This document shows, in pieces, positions 48,312 to 58,271 of a DNA stretch of 64,000 nt. Each line of letters starts with the position of its first letter. Within the stretch, counting starts at the first letter, position 1. The DNA is taken from assembly GCA_964531645.1 (NCBI GenBank), contig CAZHEF010000001.1, positions 12,484 to 76,483 on the forward strand. The letters run 5' to 3'. The stretch is from an uncultured Clostridia bacterium. GTDB taxonomy: Bacteria > Acidobacteriota > Aminicenantia > JBFLYD01 > JBBIMS01. The notes beneath the pieces are model-generated. The model was not told where the DNA came from, searched no databases, and saw only the letters and a list, made by a program, of their open reading frames with translations. The position numbers and the translations under genes are program-made.

Positions 48312-48746
48312 TTAATTCAATTCAAGAACTTTAGGGTTTTGAGCGGAATGTGGGTGGGATGGCCCCCTATAAACTTTCAATTTTTTAATGAGTTTTCTGC
48401 CAAGCCTGTTTTTTGGTAGCATCCCCCACACAGCCTCTTTTATAACTTCTTCAGGTTTCTTCTTAAGCATCTCCTCGAGGTTGAATTCCCTCAGATTTCC
48501 AAGATAACCAGAGTGATACCTGTAAAGCTTCTCTCTGAGCTTTTTTCCTGTAACCCTTATCTTATCTGCATTTACAACGACTACAAAATCACCGACATCA
48601 AGAAATGGGGAAAAATTTGGCTTATGCTTCCCCCTTAAAAGGGATGCAATCTTGCTCGCCAATCTTCCGAGAATCTTCCCCTCTGCATTGATCTCCCACC
48701 ACTCTCTAACTATTTCCTTATTTTTTAAATGTTTTGTCATTTCCAT
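48312..48746 (-). CDS. rplM: 50S ribosomal protein L13
   Basis: [43 protein letters not shown]. Confidence 0.98.
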   Translation of the reverse strand: MEMTKHLKNKEIVREWWEINAEGKILGRLASKIASLLRGKHKPNFSPFLDVGDFVVVVNADKIRVTGKKLREKLYRYHSGYLGNLREFNLEEMLKKKPEEVIKEAVWGMLPKNRLGRKLIKKLKVYRGPSHPHSAQNPKVLELN

Positions 48747-48799
48747 CTTTTTCTCGCTTTTTACCTTATGGAATTTTAAAACATAAGGTATAATATTTT

Positions 48800-48828
48800 A
48801 TTATTAATAATTTCGTCCAATTTGTCAA
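48800..48828 (-). promoter_or_regulatory. sigma-70 promoter of rplM operon
   Basis: TTGACA-17 nt-AATAAT on the minus strand. Confidence 0.5.
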
Positions 48829-48947
48829 CTGAATCAGTTTTGTAAAGGTGGATAAGGAGGAAAAGGTTTCTTGGCACTGGTAGTAAAATAAAATACATTT
48901 GACTTATTTCTCTTCAATCTATTACAATTTATTTTTGAGGAGTGATA

Positions 48948-49643
48948 ATGATTTTCAATATGATGGAACCTTCACCTCTGGTATCGAGGGATATACTGGA
49001 CTTGATTTCTCAAACAGGGACAGTTGCAAGGCTTGTCCTTATAGTACTTCTGACCTTTTCTGTTATTTCCTGGGCAATAATTTTCTACAAACTAAGAATC
49101 CTCTCAAAAGCTAAAAAACAATCTTACGATTTTCTGGGTTACTTCAGAAAAAGCAGAAAATTTGCCGATATAAATTTCTCCTCTGACAGATTCAAATTTT
49201 CACCCCTTGCTTCAATATTCAGAGCGGGATACAACGAAATTAACTTTCAGATTTCCCATCAGGAACAGAACAAAAATTCTCTGAATCTTGAATCACTTCA
49301 GAGAATTCTCCTGAGAATTTCCAACAAAGAGATAGAAAAGCTGGAAAATTTTATGGGATTCCTTGCAACAACTGGCTCTGTAACACCATTTATTGGACTT
49401 TTCGGAACTGTATGGGGGATCATGGACTCTTTCAGAGAGATAGGTATGAGGGGGTCAGCGAGTCTTGCTACAGTTGCGCCAGGAATAGCAGAGGCACTTA
49501 TCTCAACAGCAGCTGGTCTTTTCACTGCAATTCCCGCGGTTATCTTTTACAACCACTTTCTCAGGCAGATAAAATCAATTGTTAATGAAATGGAGAATTT
49601 TATTCTTGAATTTATTAATCTTACTGAAAAATTGTTCTTATAA
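48948..49643 (+). CDS. tolQ: TolQ (MotA/TolQ/ExbB proton channel)
   Basis: FS..SWAII..K, LAT.GS.TPFIGLFGTVWGIM, VAPGIAEAL..TA.GL..AIPA; first gene of a tol-pal cluster. Confidence 0.92.
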   Translation: MIFNMMEPSPLVSRDILDLISQTGTVARLVLIVLLTFSVISWAIIFYKLRILSKAKKQSYDFLGYFRKSRKFADINFSSDRFKFSPLASIFRAGYNEINFQISHQEQNKNSLNLESLQRILLRISNKEIEKLENFMGFLATTGSVTPFIGLFGTVWGIMDSFREIGMRGSASLATVAPGIAEALISTAAGLFTAIPAVIFYNHFLRQIKSIVNEMENFILEFINLTEKLFL

Positions 49644-50065
49644 TGGCTTTAAAATTTGAAAGAGAAAGGATAAATTTAGAATCTGCTCTTTCTGAAATTA
49701 ACATGATTCCTCTTATAGATATAATGCTTGTTCTTTTAATAATATTCATGATTACTGCACCAATGATGCATTCAGGAATTGAAGTAAATCTTCCAAGAGC
49801 TGAAACCAGAACATCTCCTGCGGAGGAAAGAATGATAATAACAATTACTAAGGATAGAAAAATTTACATTGAAAATAATCCTGTTTCTCTACAGAGTCTG
49901 GAAGATAGATTGAAGGAATATTTTTATGGTAAAGAGAAAAAGGTTGCATTCATAAAGGGAGACAGAAATGTTCCCTATGGATTTGTAATATCAGTTATTG
50001 ATAGGGCTAAAAAAGCAGGAGCTGAAAATCTGGCATTGATAGTTGAATATGAGGAAAAGAAATGA
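49643..50065 (+). CDS. tolR: TolR (ExbD/TolR family)
   Basis: EIN.IPLIDIMLVLLIIFMITAPM, V.LP, IKGD..VPYG.V. Confidence 0.9.
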   Translation: MALKFERERINLESALSEINMIPLIDIMLVLLIIFMITAPMMHSGIEVNLPRAETRTSPAEERMIITITKDRKIYIENNPVSLQSLEDRLKEYFYGKEKKVAFIKGDRNVPYGFVISVIDRAKKAGAENLALIVEYEEKK

Positions 50066-50778
50066 TGGGGAATAACCAATTCATAAAAATGGTAGGCTTC
50101 TCCTTAATTTTTCATGCTTTTCTTTTTTCATCTTTTCTTATAAAACTTCCTTCAAAAAAAGAAACTACCAAAAAAATTTACTATGTTGACATTCTCGAAA
50201 TAAGAGGTGGGGGTGGGGGTTTTAAAGGAGGCGGCTCAAGCCAACCTCCTTCTGGTTCCATGAGGGAATTAACTGTAAAAAAAGAAACTGAATCAAAGAA
50301 TGTTTTAAGATATCCTGTTAAAAAGCCAAAAAAGGAGCCTGAAAAGGAGAAAACAGTAATATCAAAGCCTGATAAATCTGGAAAGAAAAAGGAAACTTAT
50401 GATCCTGCAAAAAAAGAGTTAACAACTGGTCTTGGAGAAGGTTTCGGAGGTGCGGAAGGATTTGGAAGTGGTGAGGGTGGGATACCTGGATTTCCCTACT
50501 ATTATTACATTCAGATTTTAAGGGACAAAGTCTCTTCCAACTGGTTCAAAGCCCTCGTCCCTCCTGGAGTAACAGGAACTTATAAAGTTGTTATTTTTTT
50601 TAAGATAAAAAGAAATGGAGAGGTTAATGAGATAAAAATAGAGGAGAGTAGTGGAATTGAATCTCTTGACTTTTCTGCTTTTAGGGCTGTAAAATTATCT
50701 ATTCCTTTCCCTCCTCTTCCGAGGGAATACGAGGGAGATTATCTGGGAGTTCACTTTCAGTTTGAATTCAGAAAATGA
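50062..50778 (+). CDS. TolA/TonB-like energy transducer
   Basis: N-terminal TM with H, Lys/Glu/Pro-rich linker, YY...I..K...NW, SSG...LD..A.RAV....PFPPLP; tol-pal context. Confidence 0.85.
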   Translation: MMGNNQFIKMVGFSLIFHAFLFSSFLIKLPSKKETTKKIYYVDILEIRGGGGGFKGGGSSQPPSGSMRELTVKKETESKNVLRYPVKKPKKEPEKEKTVISKPDKSGKKKETYDPAKKELTTGLGEGFGGAEGFGSGEGGIPGFPYYYYIQILRDKVSSNWFKALVPPGVTGTYKVVIFFKIKRNGEVNEIKIEESSGIESLDFSAFRAVKLSIPFPPLPREYEGDYLGVHFQFEFRK

Positions 50779-52094
50779 TGAATGATTTTAGAAAATTTAA
50801 AAAAATAATTGAAATTGTAGGGAAAACTTTTACTTTTTCCATGCTGATATTTATATCCACAGAAATTCTCGACTCTCAGCAAGAGGTAATAATAAAAATA
50901 AGGGAAGGAGTTTCTCTGATACCTGTTGCAATACCTGAATTTATTGTAAAAAATAAAAATAGTATAACTTATGATTGTGCAAATATTATTCATAGAACCC
51001 TCTGGGAAGACCTTGAGTTTTCAAGGGTCTTTTCCCTTGTTCCAAGAGATCTTTATCCTCCAATCCCATCCTCAGGTAAAATAAATTTTAAGGATTGGCA
51101 AAATCTTCAGGCAAACATAATTGTAACAGGAGAAATAGAGTCTCCTGCTGAAGGAAGGATAACTTTTACAGTAAAAGCATGGGATGCAAAGTCAGGAGCA
51201 TACATATTCGGGAAGAGTTACGGAGGAAAGGCTGAAGAGTCAAGGGCAATAGCCCACAGAGTTGCGGACCAGATGATGATAAATTTTGGAGAGAAACCAC
51301 TTTTCACGTCGAAGATTGTTTTTGTATCCGACAGAGATGGAAACATGGAAATTTATATGATGGACTGGGACGGATACAATCAAATAAGATTAACATTCAA
51401 CTATGTAGTTGACACCCTTCCTTCAATCTCACCTGATAAAAAAATTATTTCTTATACATCCTACAGGAAGTTGAGCCCTGACCTTTATCTTTACAATATT
51501 GTTGAAGTAAAAAATATTGCATTTTTTTCAGGAGGAATAAACTATTCTGCTGATTTTTCTCCAGATGGGAAAAAAATTGCATTTGTCTCCAGCAGGGATG
51601 GAAATGCTGAAATTTATATTGCAAATGTTGATGGAACAAATTTGAAAAGAATCACCTTCAATCCTTCAATTGATACCTCTCCCAGCTGGTCTCCCAGTGG
51701 CAAAGAAATAGCTTTCACATCAGACAGGAGTGGCTCTCCCCAGATCTACATAATGGATTCCGATGGAGCAAATGTAAGGAGGATTTCCTTTGAAGGAACC
51801 TACAACGACTCTCCCGCATGGTCTCCTGATGGCGATAGAATTGCCTATGTTTCAAGGATAAATAATTCCTTTGACATTTATGTCTACAATTTGAGGAATA
51901 ATACTGTAACAAAATTAACAGAGGAGGCTGGAAGAAATGAAAATCCGAGCTGGTCTCCAGATGGAAGACATATAGTTTTTGCCTCCAACCGAACAGGTTT
52001 TTACCAGATTTATATTGTGGATTATGATGGGTCAAATCTCAAAAGGCTTACAAATACAGGGAATAATAAAATGCCAAAATGGTCAAAAAGTTAA
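50775..52094 (+). CDS. tolB: Tol-Pal beta-propeller protein TolB
   Basis: IPVA.P.F, A..AH..AD, repeated SPSWSPDG/PD40 motifs. Confidence 0.94.
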   Translation: MMNDFRKFKKIIEIVGKTFTFSMLIFISTEILDSQQEVIIKIREGVSLIPVAIPEFIVKNKNSITYDCANIIHRTLWEDLEFSRVFSLVPRDLYPPIPSSGKINFKDWQNLQANIIVTGEIESPAEGRITFTVKAWDAKSGAYIFGKSYGGKAEESRAIAHRVADQMMINFGEKPLFTSKIVFVSDRDGNMEIYMMDWDGYNQIRLTFNYVVDTLPSISPDKKIISYTSYRKLSPDLYLYNIVEVKNIAFFSGGINYSADFSPDGKKIAFVSSRDGNAEIYIANVDGTNLKRITFNPSIDTSPSWSPSGKEIAFTSDRSGSPQIYIMDSDGANVRRISFEGTYNDSPAWSPDGDRIAYVSRINNSFDIYVYNLRNNTVTKLTEEAGRNENPSWSPDGRHIVFASNRTGFYQIYIVDYDGSNLKRLTNTGNNKMPKWSKS

Positions 52095-52122
52095 ATAAAT
52101 ATAGAGTAAGAAAGGAGGAAGT

Positions 52123-52668
52123 ATGAAAAAGTTATTGGTATTGATTAGTATTTTGGCTCTTTTGGTTGTAATTTCAGGATGCAAGAAGAAAGTGGCTGTT
52201 ACACCGCCACCTTCAGCTCCAGTTGAGGAAAAAGCAAAGGCAGAAACAGAGAAAGTCCCAACAATTAAAGAGCCCGAACTCACAGAAGAGGAAATTTTCA
52301 GGATGAAGAGTCTTGAGGAATTGAACAGGGAATCACCCCTTCAGAGAATTCATTTCGATTTTGACAAATACTTCATAAGAGAAGATGCAAAACCTGTTCT
52401 TGAAAGGAATGCTCAATGGCTGAAGAAATTCCCATCTGTAAAAATTCTTATTGAGGGACATTGCGATGAAAGGGGAACAGAGGAATACAACATGGCTCTT
52501 GGCGAGAAGAGAGCAAAGAGCACAATGAACTATCTAATTTCTCTTGGAATCTCTCCTGATAGAATAAAGATAATAAGTTATGGCAAAAGCAGACCCCTTG
52601 ACCCAGGCCATAATGAGGAGGCATGGGCTCTTAACAGAAGAGCTGATTTTGTAATTATTGAGAAATGA
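52123..52668 (+). CDS. pal: peptidoglycan-associated lipoprotein
   Basis: ISGC lipobox, IHFDFD, IEGHCDERGT.EYN.ALGE.RA, SYGK.RP, NRRA. Confidence 0.96.
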   Translation: MKKLLVLISILALLVVISGCKKKVAVTPPPSAPVEEKAKAETEKVPTIKEPELTEEEIFRMKSLEELNRESPLQRIHFDFDKYFIREDAKPVLERNAQWLKKFPSVKILIEGHCDERGTEEYNMALGEKRAKSTMNYLISLGISPDRIKIISYGKSRPLDPGHNEEAWALNRRADFVIIEK

Positions 52669-53429
52669 AAAAGTATGTAATAGCCCTCTTACCCCTTCTC
52701 CTCCTCTTTACAGGAGCGAAAAAAAAAGAGTATGAGCTTATAATTGATGAAATAAAGAATCTCATAGCACGAATAGAAGCGGTTGAAAAGAAACTCGATA
52801 CAAATTACAGTGATGTTTTGCAAATTTACCAGAATGTAAAACTAATATCCGAACAACTAAAACAGATCCAGAAAGATTTACTGGAAATGAAGGATTATAC
52901 TGATTCCAACACATCGAGAATCACCGCTATTGAGGAGAAATTTTCCCAGATTCAGAACCTCCTCTCCAGTTTAAATCAATACATCCAGAGAATTCCTTTA
53001 CCTGAACAACCTGTTTCTCCCACGACTCAGGAACCAGTAGAGACTCCCACTGAAGTCTCACCCCTTCAAGCTTATTACACTGCTTACTCAGATTATGTAA
53101 AAGGAAACTATTCCCTTGCTATTGCAGGATTTAGAGATTTTTATGAAAAAAATAGAAATTCTCCCATGGCAGACAATGCTCTCTACTGGATTGGAGAATG
53201 CTACTACAGCCTTGGTAGATATGAGGATGCCATAAGGGAATTTGATAGCCTGATAAATAATTATCCAAAGGCAGACAATATCCTCGCCGCTTATCTCAAA
53301 AAAGGATATGCTCTAATAGAACTTAGAAGATACCTTGAGGCAAAGAGTGTTCTTAAGGAACTCATTCGGAAAGCTCCCCTATCAGAAGAGGCAAAACTTG
53401 CAGAACAGAAACTAAAAACCCTGGAGTAA
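52665..53429 (+). CDS. cpoB: Tol-Pal system protein CpoB/YbgF
   Basis: Coiled-coil N-terminus, Y..A......G.Y..AI..F, A.YW.GE.YY, A.LK.G TPRs; follows pal. Confidence 0.9.
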   Translation: MKKYVIALLPLLLLFTGAKKKEYELIIDEIKNLIARIEAVEKKLDTNYSDVLQIYQNVKLISEQLKQIQKDLLEMKDYTDSNTSRITAIEEKFSQIQNLLSSLNQYIQRIPLPEQPVSPTTQEPVETPTEVSPLQAYYTAYSDYVKGNYSLAIAGFRDFYEKNRNSPMADNALYWIGECYYSLGRYEDAIREFDSLINNYPKADNILAAYLKKGYALIELRRYLEAKSVLKELIRKAPLSEEAKLAEQKLKTLE

Positions 53430-53431
53430 AA

Positions 53432-53890
53432 ATGAAAGATATCAACAGCCTTAACAAAGTTATACTGGTTGGAAGGGTTGGTAAGAAGCCTGAGATGAGG
53501 TATTCTGCTCAGACCCAGAGACCTTTTGCAAGATTTACTCTCGCCACCAATGAGTTTTATTTCAATAAAACTACAAACGAAAAAGTTCAGAGGGCAGAGT
53601 GGCACAAAGTTTACATGTGGGGTCCCCTCGCGGAATTTGCCTCGGAATATCTGAGCACAGGAAGACTAATCCTTGTTGAAGGAAAACTGAGAAACAGAGA
53701 ATGGCGGGACAGGAATGGATTGAAAAGAATTTCGACGGAAATAGAGGCACAAAGTGTTATTCTATTGGGAAGAAGAGAGGAAACAGTCGAAATTGAAGAG
53801 CCCGTAATAACTCCTGAGCCCCCTGAAGAATTCCCTGCCGAACCAATAGTTGATGAAACTACGTCAGATGAAGAAGAACCACCATTTTAG
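53432..53890 (+). CDS. ssb: single-stranded DNA-binding protein
   Basis: LNKVILVGRVG..PE.R, F.LAT, EWH.V..WG..AE, VEG.L..R.W, acidic tail EEEPPF. Confidence 0.95.
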   Translation: MKDINSLNKVILVGRVGKKPEMRYSAQTQRPFARFTLATNEFYFNKTTNEKVQRAEWHKVYMWGPLAEFASEYLSTGRLILVEGKLRNREWRDRNGLKRISTEIEAQSVILLGRREETVEIEEPVITPEPPEEFPAEPIVDETTSDEEEPPF

Positions 53891-54008
53891 TTTAACAAAG
53901 AACTGGAAAGTTAAAGGAAGAGGGGAAAAAGACATTGAATGAAAAAGTTTATGAGTTGGAACCTTGAATGTAAATATTTTTTAAATTTATAAGTGGAGGA
54001 ATTGGGAT

Positions 54009-54656
54009 ATGGGCCTTCTTAAGGAAAAGGACAAAGAGGTTGTAAAAAAAGAATTTTCAAAATTAAAAGATGATGTAACCTTGATTGTTTTCACTCAAGA
54101 GCTTGAATGTGAATATTGCAAGGAGACACGGGAACTTGTTGAGGAGCTCACTACTCTTTCTGAAAAAATTAAATTTGAGATTTACAATTTTGCCATCGAC
54201 AAAGATAAGGTCAATAAATATGGTATCGATAAGATACCTGCGATAATCATAAAGGGAGAAAAGGATTACGGAATAAGATTCTATGGGATTCCTGCTGGAT
54301 ATGAGTTTACTACATTGATAGAAGACATAATAGATGTCTCCAATGGCGAGTCCGGGCTTCTTAATCAGACAAAGGAAAAGATAAAAACAATAGACAAGCC
54401 CATCCATATTCAGGTCTTTGTGACGCCCACCTGCCCGTATTGTCCTTCAGCAGTCAGGACTGCCCATAAAATGGCCATTGAAAATCCTCTGATAATAGCT
54501 GACATGGTAGAAGTAATAGAGTTCCCCCATCTTGCTCATAAATACGGAGTTATGGGTGTTCCAAAGATAGTAATTAATGATAAGATCTCCTTTGAAGGAG
54601 CTCTTCCCGAGCCCCATTTTCTTCAGCATGTTCTCCTTGCAATAGGGAGCGTTTGA
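54009..54656 (+). CDS. protein disulfide oxidoreductase (two thioredoxin folds, PDO/AhpF-N-like)
   Basis: CEYC and CPYC, RF.GIPAGYEF..L, Y.VMGVP. Confidence 0.92.
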   Translation: MGLLKEKDKEVVKKEFSKLKDDVTLIVFTQELECEYCKETRELVEELTTLSEKIKFEIYNFAIDKDKVNKYGIDKIPAIIIKGEKDYGIRFYGIPAGYEFTTLIEDIIDVSNGESGLLNQTKEKIKTIDKPIHIQVFVTPTCPYCPSAVRTAHKMAIENPLIIADMVEVIEFPHLAHKYGVMGVPKIVINDKISFEGALPEPHFLQHVLLAIGSV

Positions 54657-55075
54657 TGCCGGTAGAAAGAACCCTTGCCATAATTAAACCCGATGCGATA
54701 AAAAAAGGTTTCTTTGGAAAAATAATTGATAGGATAGAAAGGGAAGGGTTTGTAATAAAAGGAATGAAGATGATCCATCTAAATGCAGAAAAAGCTGGCC
54801 AGTTCTACATTGTCCACAAAGATAAACCTTTTTATGAGAGTCTTAAAAAATTCATGTCATCGGGAGAAATTGTTGTAATGGTTCTTGAGAAAGAAAATGC
54901 GATAGAGCACTGGAGAAATGTTATGGGAAAGACTAACCCTGCAGAGGCAGACAAGGGAACAATAAGAGCTGAGTTTGGAACAAATATCGAGAGGAATGCG
55001 GTTCATGGCTCTGATTCCTCTGAGACTGCTCTTAAAGAAATATCCTTCTTTTTCAGTGAATGGGAACTGATTTAA
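54656..55075 (+). CDS. ndk: nucleoside diphosphate kinase
   Basis: ERTLAIIKPDA, H..KPFY..L..FMSSG, GTIRA.FG....RNAVHGSDS. Confidence 0.97.
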   Translation: MPVERTLAIIKPDAIKKGFFGKIIDRIEREGFVIKGMKMIHLNAEKAGQFYIVHKDKPFYESLKKFMSSGEIVVMVLEKENAIEHWRNVMGKTNPAEADKGTIRAEFGTNIERNAVHGSDSSETALKEISFFFSEWELI

Positions 55076-55431
55076 AAGAATCTCCCCTTCCCTTAATAAA
55101 GATAAATTTTCCAGTAAATAAATCAATTGAGAATTCTTTAAAATCCATAACAGCACTTTTTGAATTTTACGGAATTCACCCTTCTGAAGCCAGGGAGATA
55201 AAGGAAAAAATTTTGAGATTGATAAGAAATTGTGAGTCAAAAAAGAGGGAGGGAAGGATTGATATTGATATTGATCCTCAAAAGGAAAGAGTGGAGATCG
55301 AGCTTTCCATTAAAGAGGACTGGATTAAAAGAAATGTTCTTTTCTCCTTTAGCTCAAAAAAAATTGAAATACTTCATATCAGGAGAAGGGGAGAAAGAGT
55401 AAAAATAAAACTTGGTGTTCTTAAAAGTTAA
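55060..55431 (+). CDS. hypothetical protein
   Basis: 123-aa ORF overlapping ndk stop; no family recognised. Confidence 0.6.
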   Translation: MGTDLKESPLPLIKINFPVNKSIENSLKSITALFEFYGIHPSEAREIKEKILRLIRNCESKKREGRIDIDIDPQKERVEIELSIKEDWIKRNVLFSFSSKKIEILHIRRRGERVKIKLGVLKS

Positions 55432-55863
55432 TCAACGGAGCTCAAATAAGAGAAAATCTCCCAACTTTAAATTTTCTCTTTTTCCTTTCCCTCCCTTTAG
55501 CTCAAGAACATATCGAGCTGGTTTAGAAGGGTAATAAACTTCACAGGGTTCCTTTTCACAAGGTGGGACATTCTCCTCAACGTGAACAATTCTTTTATTT
55601 CCGTCAAGCCAGATAATGTCAAGATAGATCAGAGTATTTTTCATCCAGAAACCGTGTTTCTCTTCCCTTTCAAAAATGAAAAGCATTCCATAATCCTCAG
55701 GTATTTTTTTTCGAAACATAAGACCCCTTGCTCTTTCTTCATCGGTAACCGCAAGCTCTGCAGTAATTATCTTGCCATTTGGTAGAAAAACTTTTGTAAA
55801 CTTTTTCTCAAAGAGGAAAAGGAAATTGCTTAAAATAAGAAAAAAGAAAAAATATTTTTTCAT
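55432..55863 (-). CDS. DUF192 family protein
   Basis: E.A.T..ER.RGLMFR, GMLF.F, FWMKNT...LDIIWLD, PC...PC..Y, YVLEL.GG. Confidence 0.93.
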   Translation of the reverse strand: MKKYFFFFLILSNFLFLFEKKFTKVFLPNGKIITAELAVTDEERARGLMFRKKIPEDYGMLFIFEREEKHGFWMKNTLIYLDIIWLDGNKRIVHVEENVPPCEKEPCEVYYPSKPARYVLELKGGKGKRENLKLGDFLLFELR

Positions 55864-56498
55864 TGAACTGTTATGAGAGGGACAAATCTTACAGGTATAA
55901 GAATTTCCTCATCAATCTTTTCGCCTTTTTTCCTTATCCTTACAATTTCCTGAGAATATGTTCCAACAGGGATAACAAGTATTCCATCGTCTTGAAGCTG
56001 TTCTATCAGTGCAGAAGGGACTCTTGGTGATGCTGCAGTTACAATTATTCTATCGTAAGGAGAATATTCCTTCCAGCCATAAGTTCCATCACCAACAAGA
56101 AATTTTATGTTTTTATATCCAAGGGAGTAAAGGACCTCCCGAGCTTTGAGAGAAAGAGACTCTATCAACTCAACTGTGTAAACCTCCTTAGCAAGCTCGG
56201 CAAGAATGGCAGACTGGTAGCCTGAGCCAGTTCCAATTTCAAGAACCCTGCAATCTTTATTCAGTTCGAGAAGCTCTGTCATATAAGCAACAATAAATGG
56301 CTGGGAAATGGTTTGTTCTTCACCAATTGGAAGAGGGTGATCCTCGTAGGAGTGGATTCTATATTCCTCTGGAACAAAAAAATGTCTTGGAACTTTCTCC
56401 ATGGCTTTAAGGACTTTTTCTTTCTTAATCCCCCTTTTTTCTATCTGCTCTCTCACCATTTTAATCCTTTCCTTTTCCCATTCAAGTTCTTTCTTCAC
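55860..56498 (-). CDS. pcm: protein-L-isoaspartate O-methyltransferase
   Basis: VPRH.FVP, LPIG..QTISQP..VA.M, VLEIGTGSGYQ.A.LA, GDG..GW....PYD.I.VTAA, VRFVPL; GTG start after proS stop assumed. Confidence 0.95.
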   Translation of the reverse strand: MKKELEWEKERIKMVREQIEKRGIKKEKVLKAMEKVPRHFFVPEEYRIHSYEDHPLPIGEEQTISQPFIVAYMTELLELNKDCRVLEIGTGSGYQSAILAELAKEVYTVELIESLSLKAREVLYSLGYKNIKFLVGDGTYGWKEYSPYDRIIVTAASPRVPSALIEQLQDDGILVIPVGTYSQEIVRIRKKGEKIDEEILIPVRFVPLITVQ

Positions 56499-56499
56499 T

Positions 56500-57948
56500 T
56501 TAATATGCTTTAGCAAAATAAACAAGTGTGGAAGGGGAAGTTCCGCATACAATGCAGGATAATTCTTTTTCTGGAGAAGAGTTTAAAGGGATAACTCTTA
56601 TTGTGGTTGTTGTCTCATCCTTAATTTTTCTTTCACACTCTGGAGAACCACACCATGGAGATATTACAAACCCATTCTTATCCTCCATTATTTTTTTTAA
56701 TTCATTATAATCATTTGTCTTAAAAGTATTCTCCTCAGTAAATTCTTTTGATTTTTCAAAGAGATTTTTCTGGATTTGTGATAAAAGCTCATTCACCTTT
56801 TCTATTCCATTATCCTTGGAAATTAGAATCCTTTCTCTTGTGTCTCTTCTTGAAACTGTGATTTCTTTCATCTCAAAATCTCGGGGTCCAATTTCAATTC
56901 TAAGCGGAACACCTCTCATCTCCCACTCGGAAAATTTCCATCCCGGCGTGAACTCATCTCTTTTATCAAGTAATGTCCTTATCCCAGCTGACCTGAGGGA
57001 AGAGAAAACTTCTTCGGCAAAGGGAAGAATGTCCCTTATCCAATTACCCTTTGGAATTGGAACTATCACTACCTGTATTGGCGCAACTGCTGGAGGGAAA
57101 ACAAGTCCTGAGTCATCTCCATGAGTCATAATAATAGCCCCTATTAATCTTGTAGAAACTCCCCACGAGGTTTGCCACACATACTCTATCTTTTGCTTTT
57201 TACTTTCAAACTTTATATCAAATGCCCTTGAAAAATTCTGTCCGAGATTATGGGATGTCCCTGCTTGAAGAGCTTTACCATCTGGCATAAGTGCTTCTAC
57301 AGTGTAAGTTTTTATAGCACCAGCAAATCTCTCGGAATCTGATTTCTTTCCCTCAATAACATGAATTGCCAGCTCAGTCTCAATAAATTCCTTATAAATA
57401 GAAATTATTCGAAGAGCCTCTTCTTCCGCCTCTTCATATGTAGCATGGGCAGTGTGTCCCTCCTGCCATAGAAATTCAGTGGTTCTGAGGAAAGGACGGG
57501 TTTCCTTTTCCCACCTTACAACATTTGCCCACTGATTTATAAGGATTGGAAGGTCTCTCCATGATCTTACCCATTTCGAATACATAGCACAAATTATTGA
57601 TTCAGAAGTGGGCCGGACAGCGAGTCTTTCTTCAAGGCCCTCCTTGCCACCCTGGGTAACCCAGGCAACCTCAGGAGCAAATCCCTCCACATGTTCAGCC
57701 TCTTTTTTCAGGAAACTCTCCGGAATGAAAAGGGGGAAATATGCGTTGGTGTGTCCTGTCTCCTTCAGCCTCTTGTCCAGAAGAGTCTGAATTCTCTCCC
57801 AGATAGCATAACCGTATGGTCTTATGACCATCATCCCCTTCATGGGTGCATAATCGACAAGTTCAGCTCTTCTGATAATATAAGTGTACCATCGGGATAG
57901 ATCCTCAGATTTTGGTATTATTTCTTTTACAAATCTCTCTTCCTCCAT
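56500..57948 (-). CDS. proS: proline--tRNA ligase (archaeal/eukaryote-like type)
   Basis: WY..II..AELVDY.P.KG, FIPESFL.KE.EHVEGF.PE, RPTSE, PFLRT.EFLWQEGHT, LQAGTSH.LGQNF, C-terminal FAKAY. Confidence 0.97.
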   Translation of the reverse strand: MEEERFVKEIIPKSEDLSRWYTYIIRRAELVDYAPMKGMMVIRPYGYAIWERIQTLLDKRLKETGHTNAYFPLFIPESFLKKEAEHVEGFAPEVAWVTQGGKEGLEERLAVRPTSESIICAMYSKWVRSWRDLPILINQWANVVRWEKETRPFLRTTEFLWQEGHTAHATYEEAEEEALRIISIYKEFIETELAIHVIEGKKSDSERFAGAIKTYTVEALMPDGKALQAGTSHNLGQNFSRAFDIKFESKKQKIEYVWQTSWGVSTRLIGAIIMTHGDDSGLVFPPAVAPIQVVIVPIPKGNWIRDILPFAEEVFSSLRSAGIRTLLDKRDEFTPGWKFSEWEMRGVPLRIEIGPRDFEMKEITVSRRDTRERILISKDNGIEKVNELLSQIQKNLFEKSKEFTEENTFKTNDYNELKKIMEDKNGFVISPWCGSPECERKIKDETTTTIRVIPLNSSPEKELSCIVCGTSPSTLVYFAKAY

Positions 57949-57992
57949 TTCCACCTCATTTATTTTTTTAAAATCAAATTTTCGACTTTACT

Positions 57993-58021
57993 ATTTTATA
58001 TTTTCAAACTTCAATTGTCAA
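57993..58021 (-). promoter_or_regulatory. sigma-70 promoter of proS operon
   Basis: TTGACA-17 nt-TAAAAT. Confidence 0.65.
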
Positions 58022-58271
58022 ATAACTTCTGCCACTCTTCTACTTGTATTAAGGTAAAATTAAAAAGCTAATTTTTTGATTTTTCCCATATGATTTAATA
58101 CTATTAGATTCTAAGAAACCTCTATGAGATGCTGTCATGGTTCTCAATATAAAGAATCTGGCTAAATATTTGGTGGTATAAAAGCAGTAGACAATGTCTC
58201 TTTTTTAAAAAGGACAAAACTAAAGAGAGAGATTTTTCGTAAAAACTAATAAAAAATTGCTGGAGTAAATT

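Noticed and set aside
46493-57948. Short EF-Ts and archaeal/eukaryote-type ProRS as novelty
   Set aside because: Both forms are well known in several bacterial phyla.
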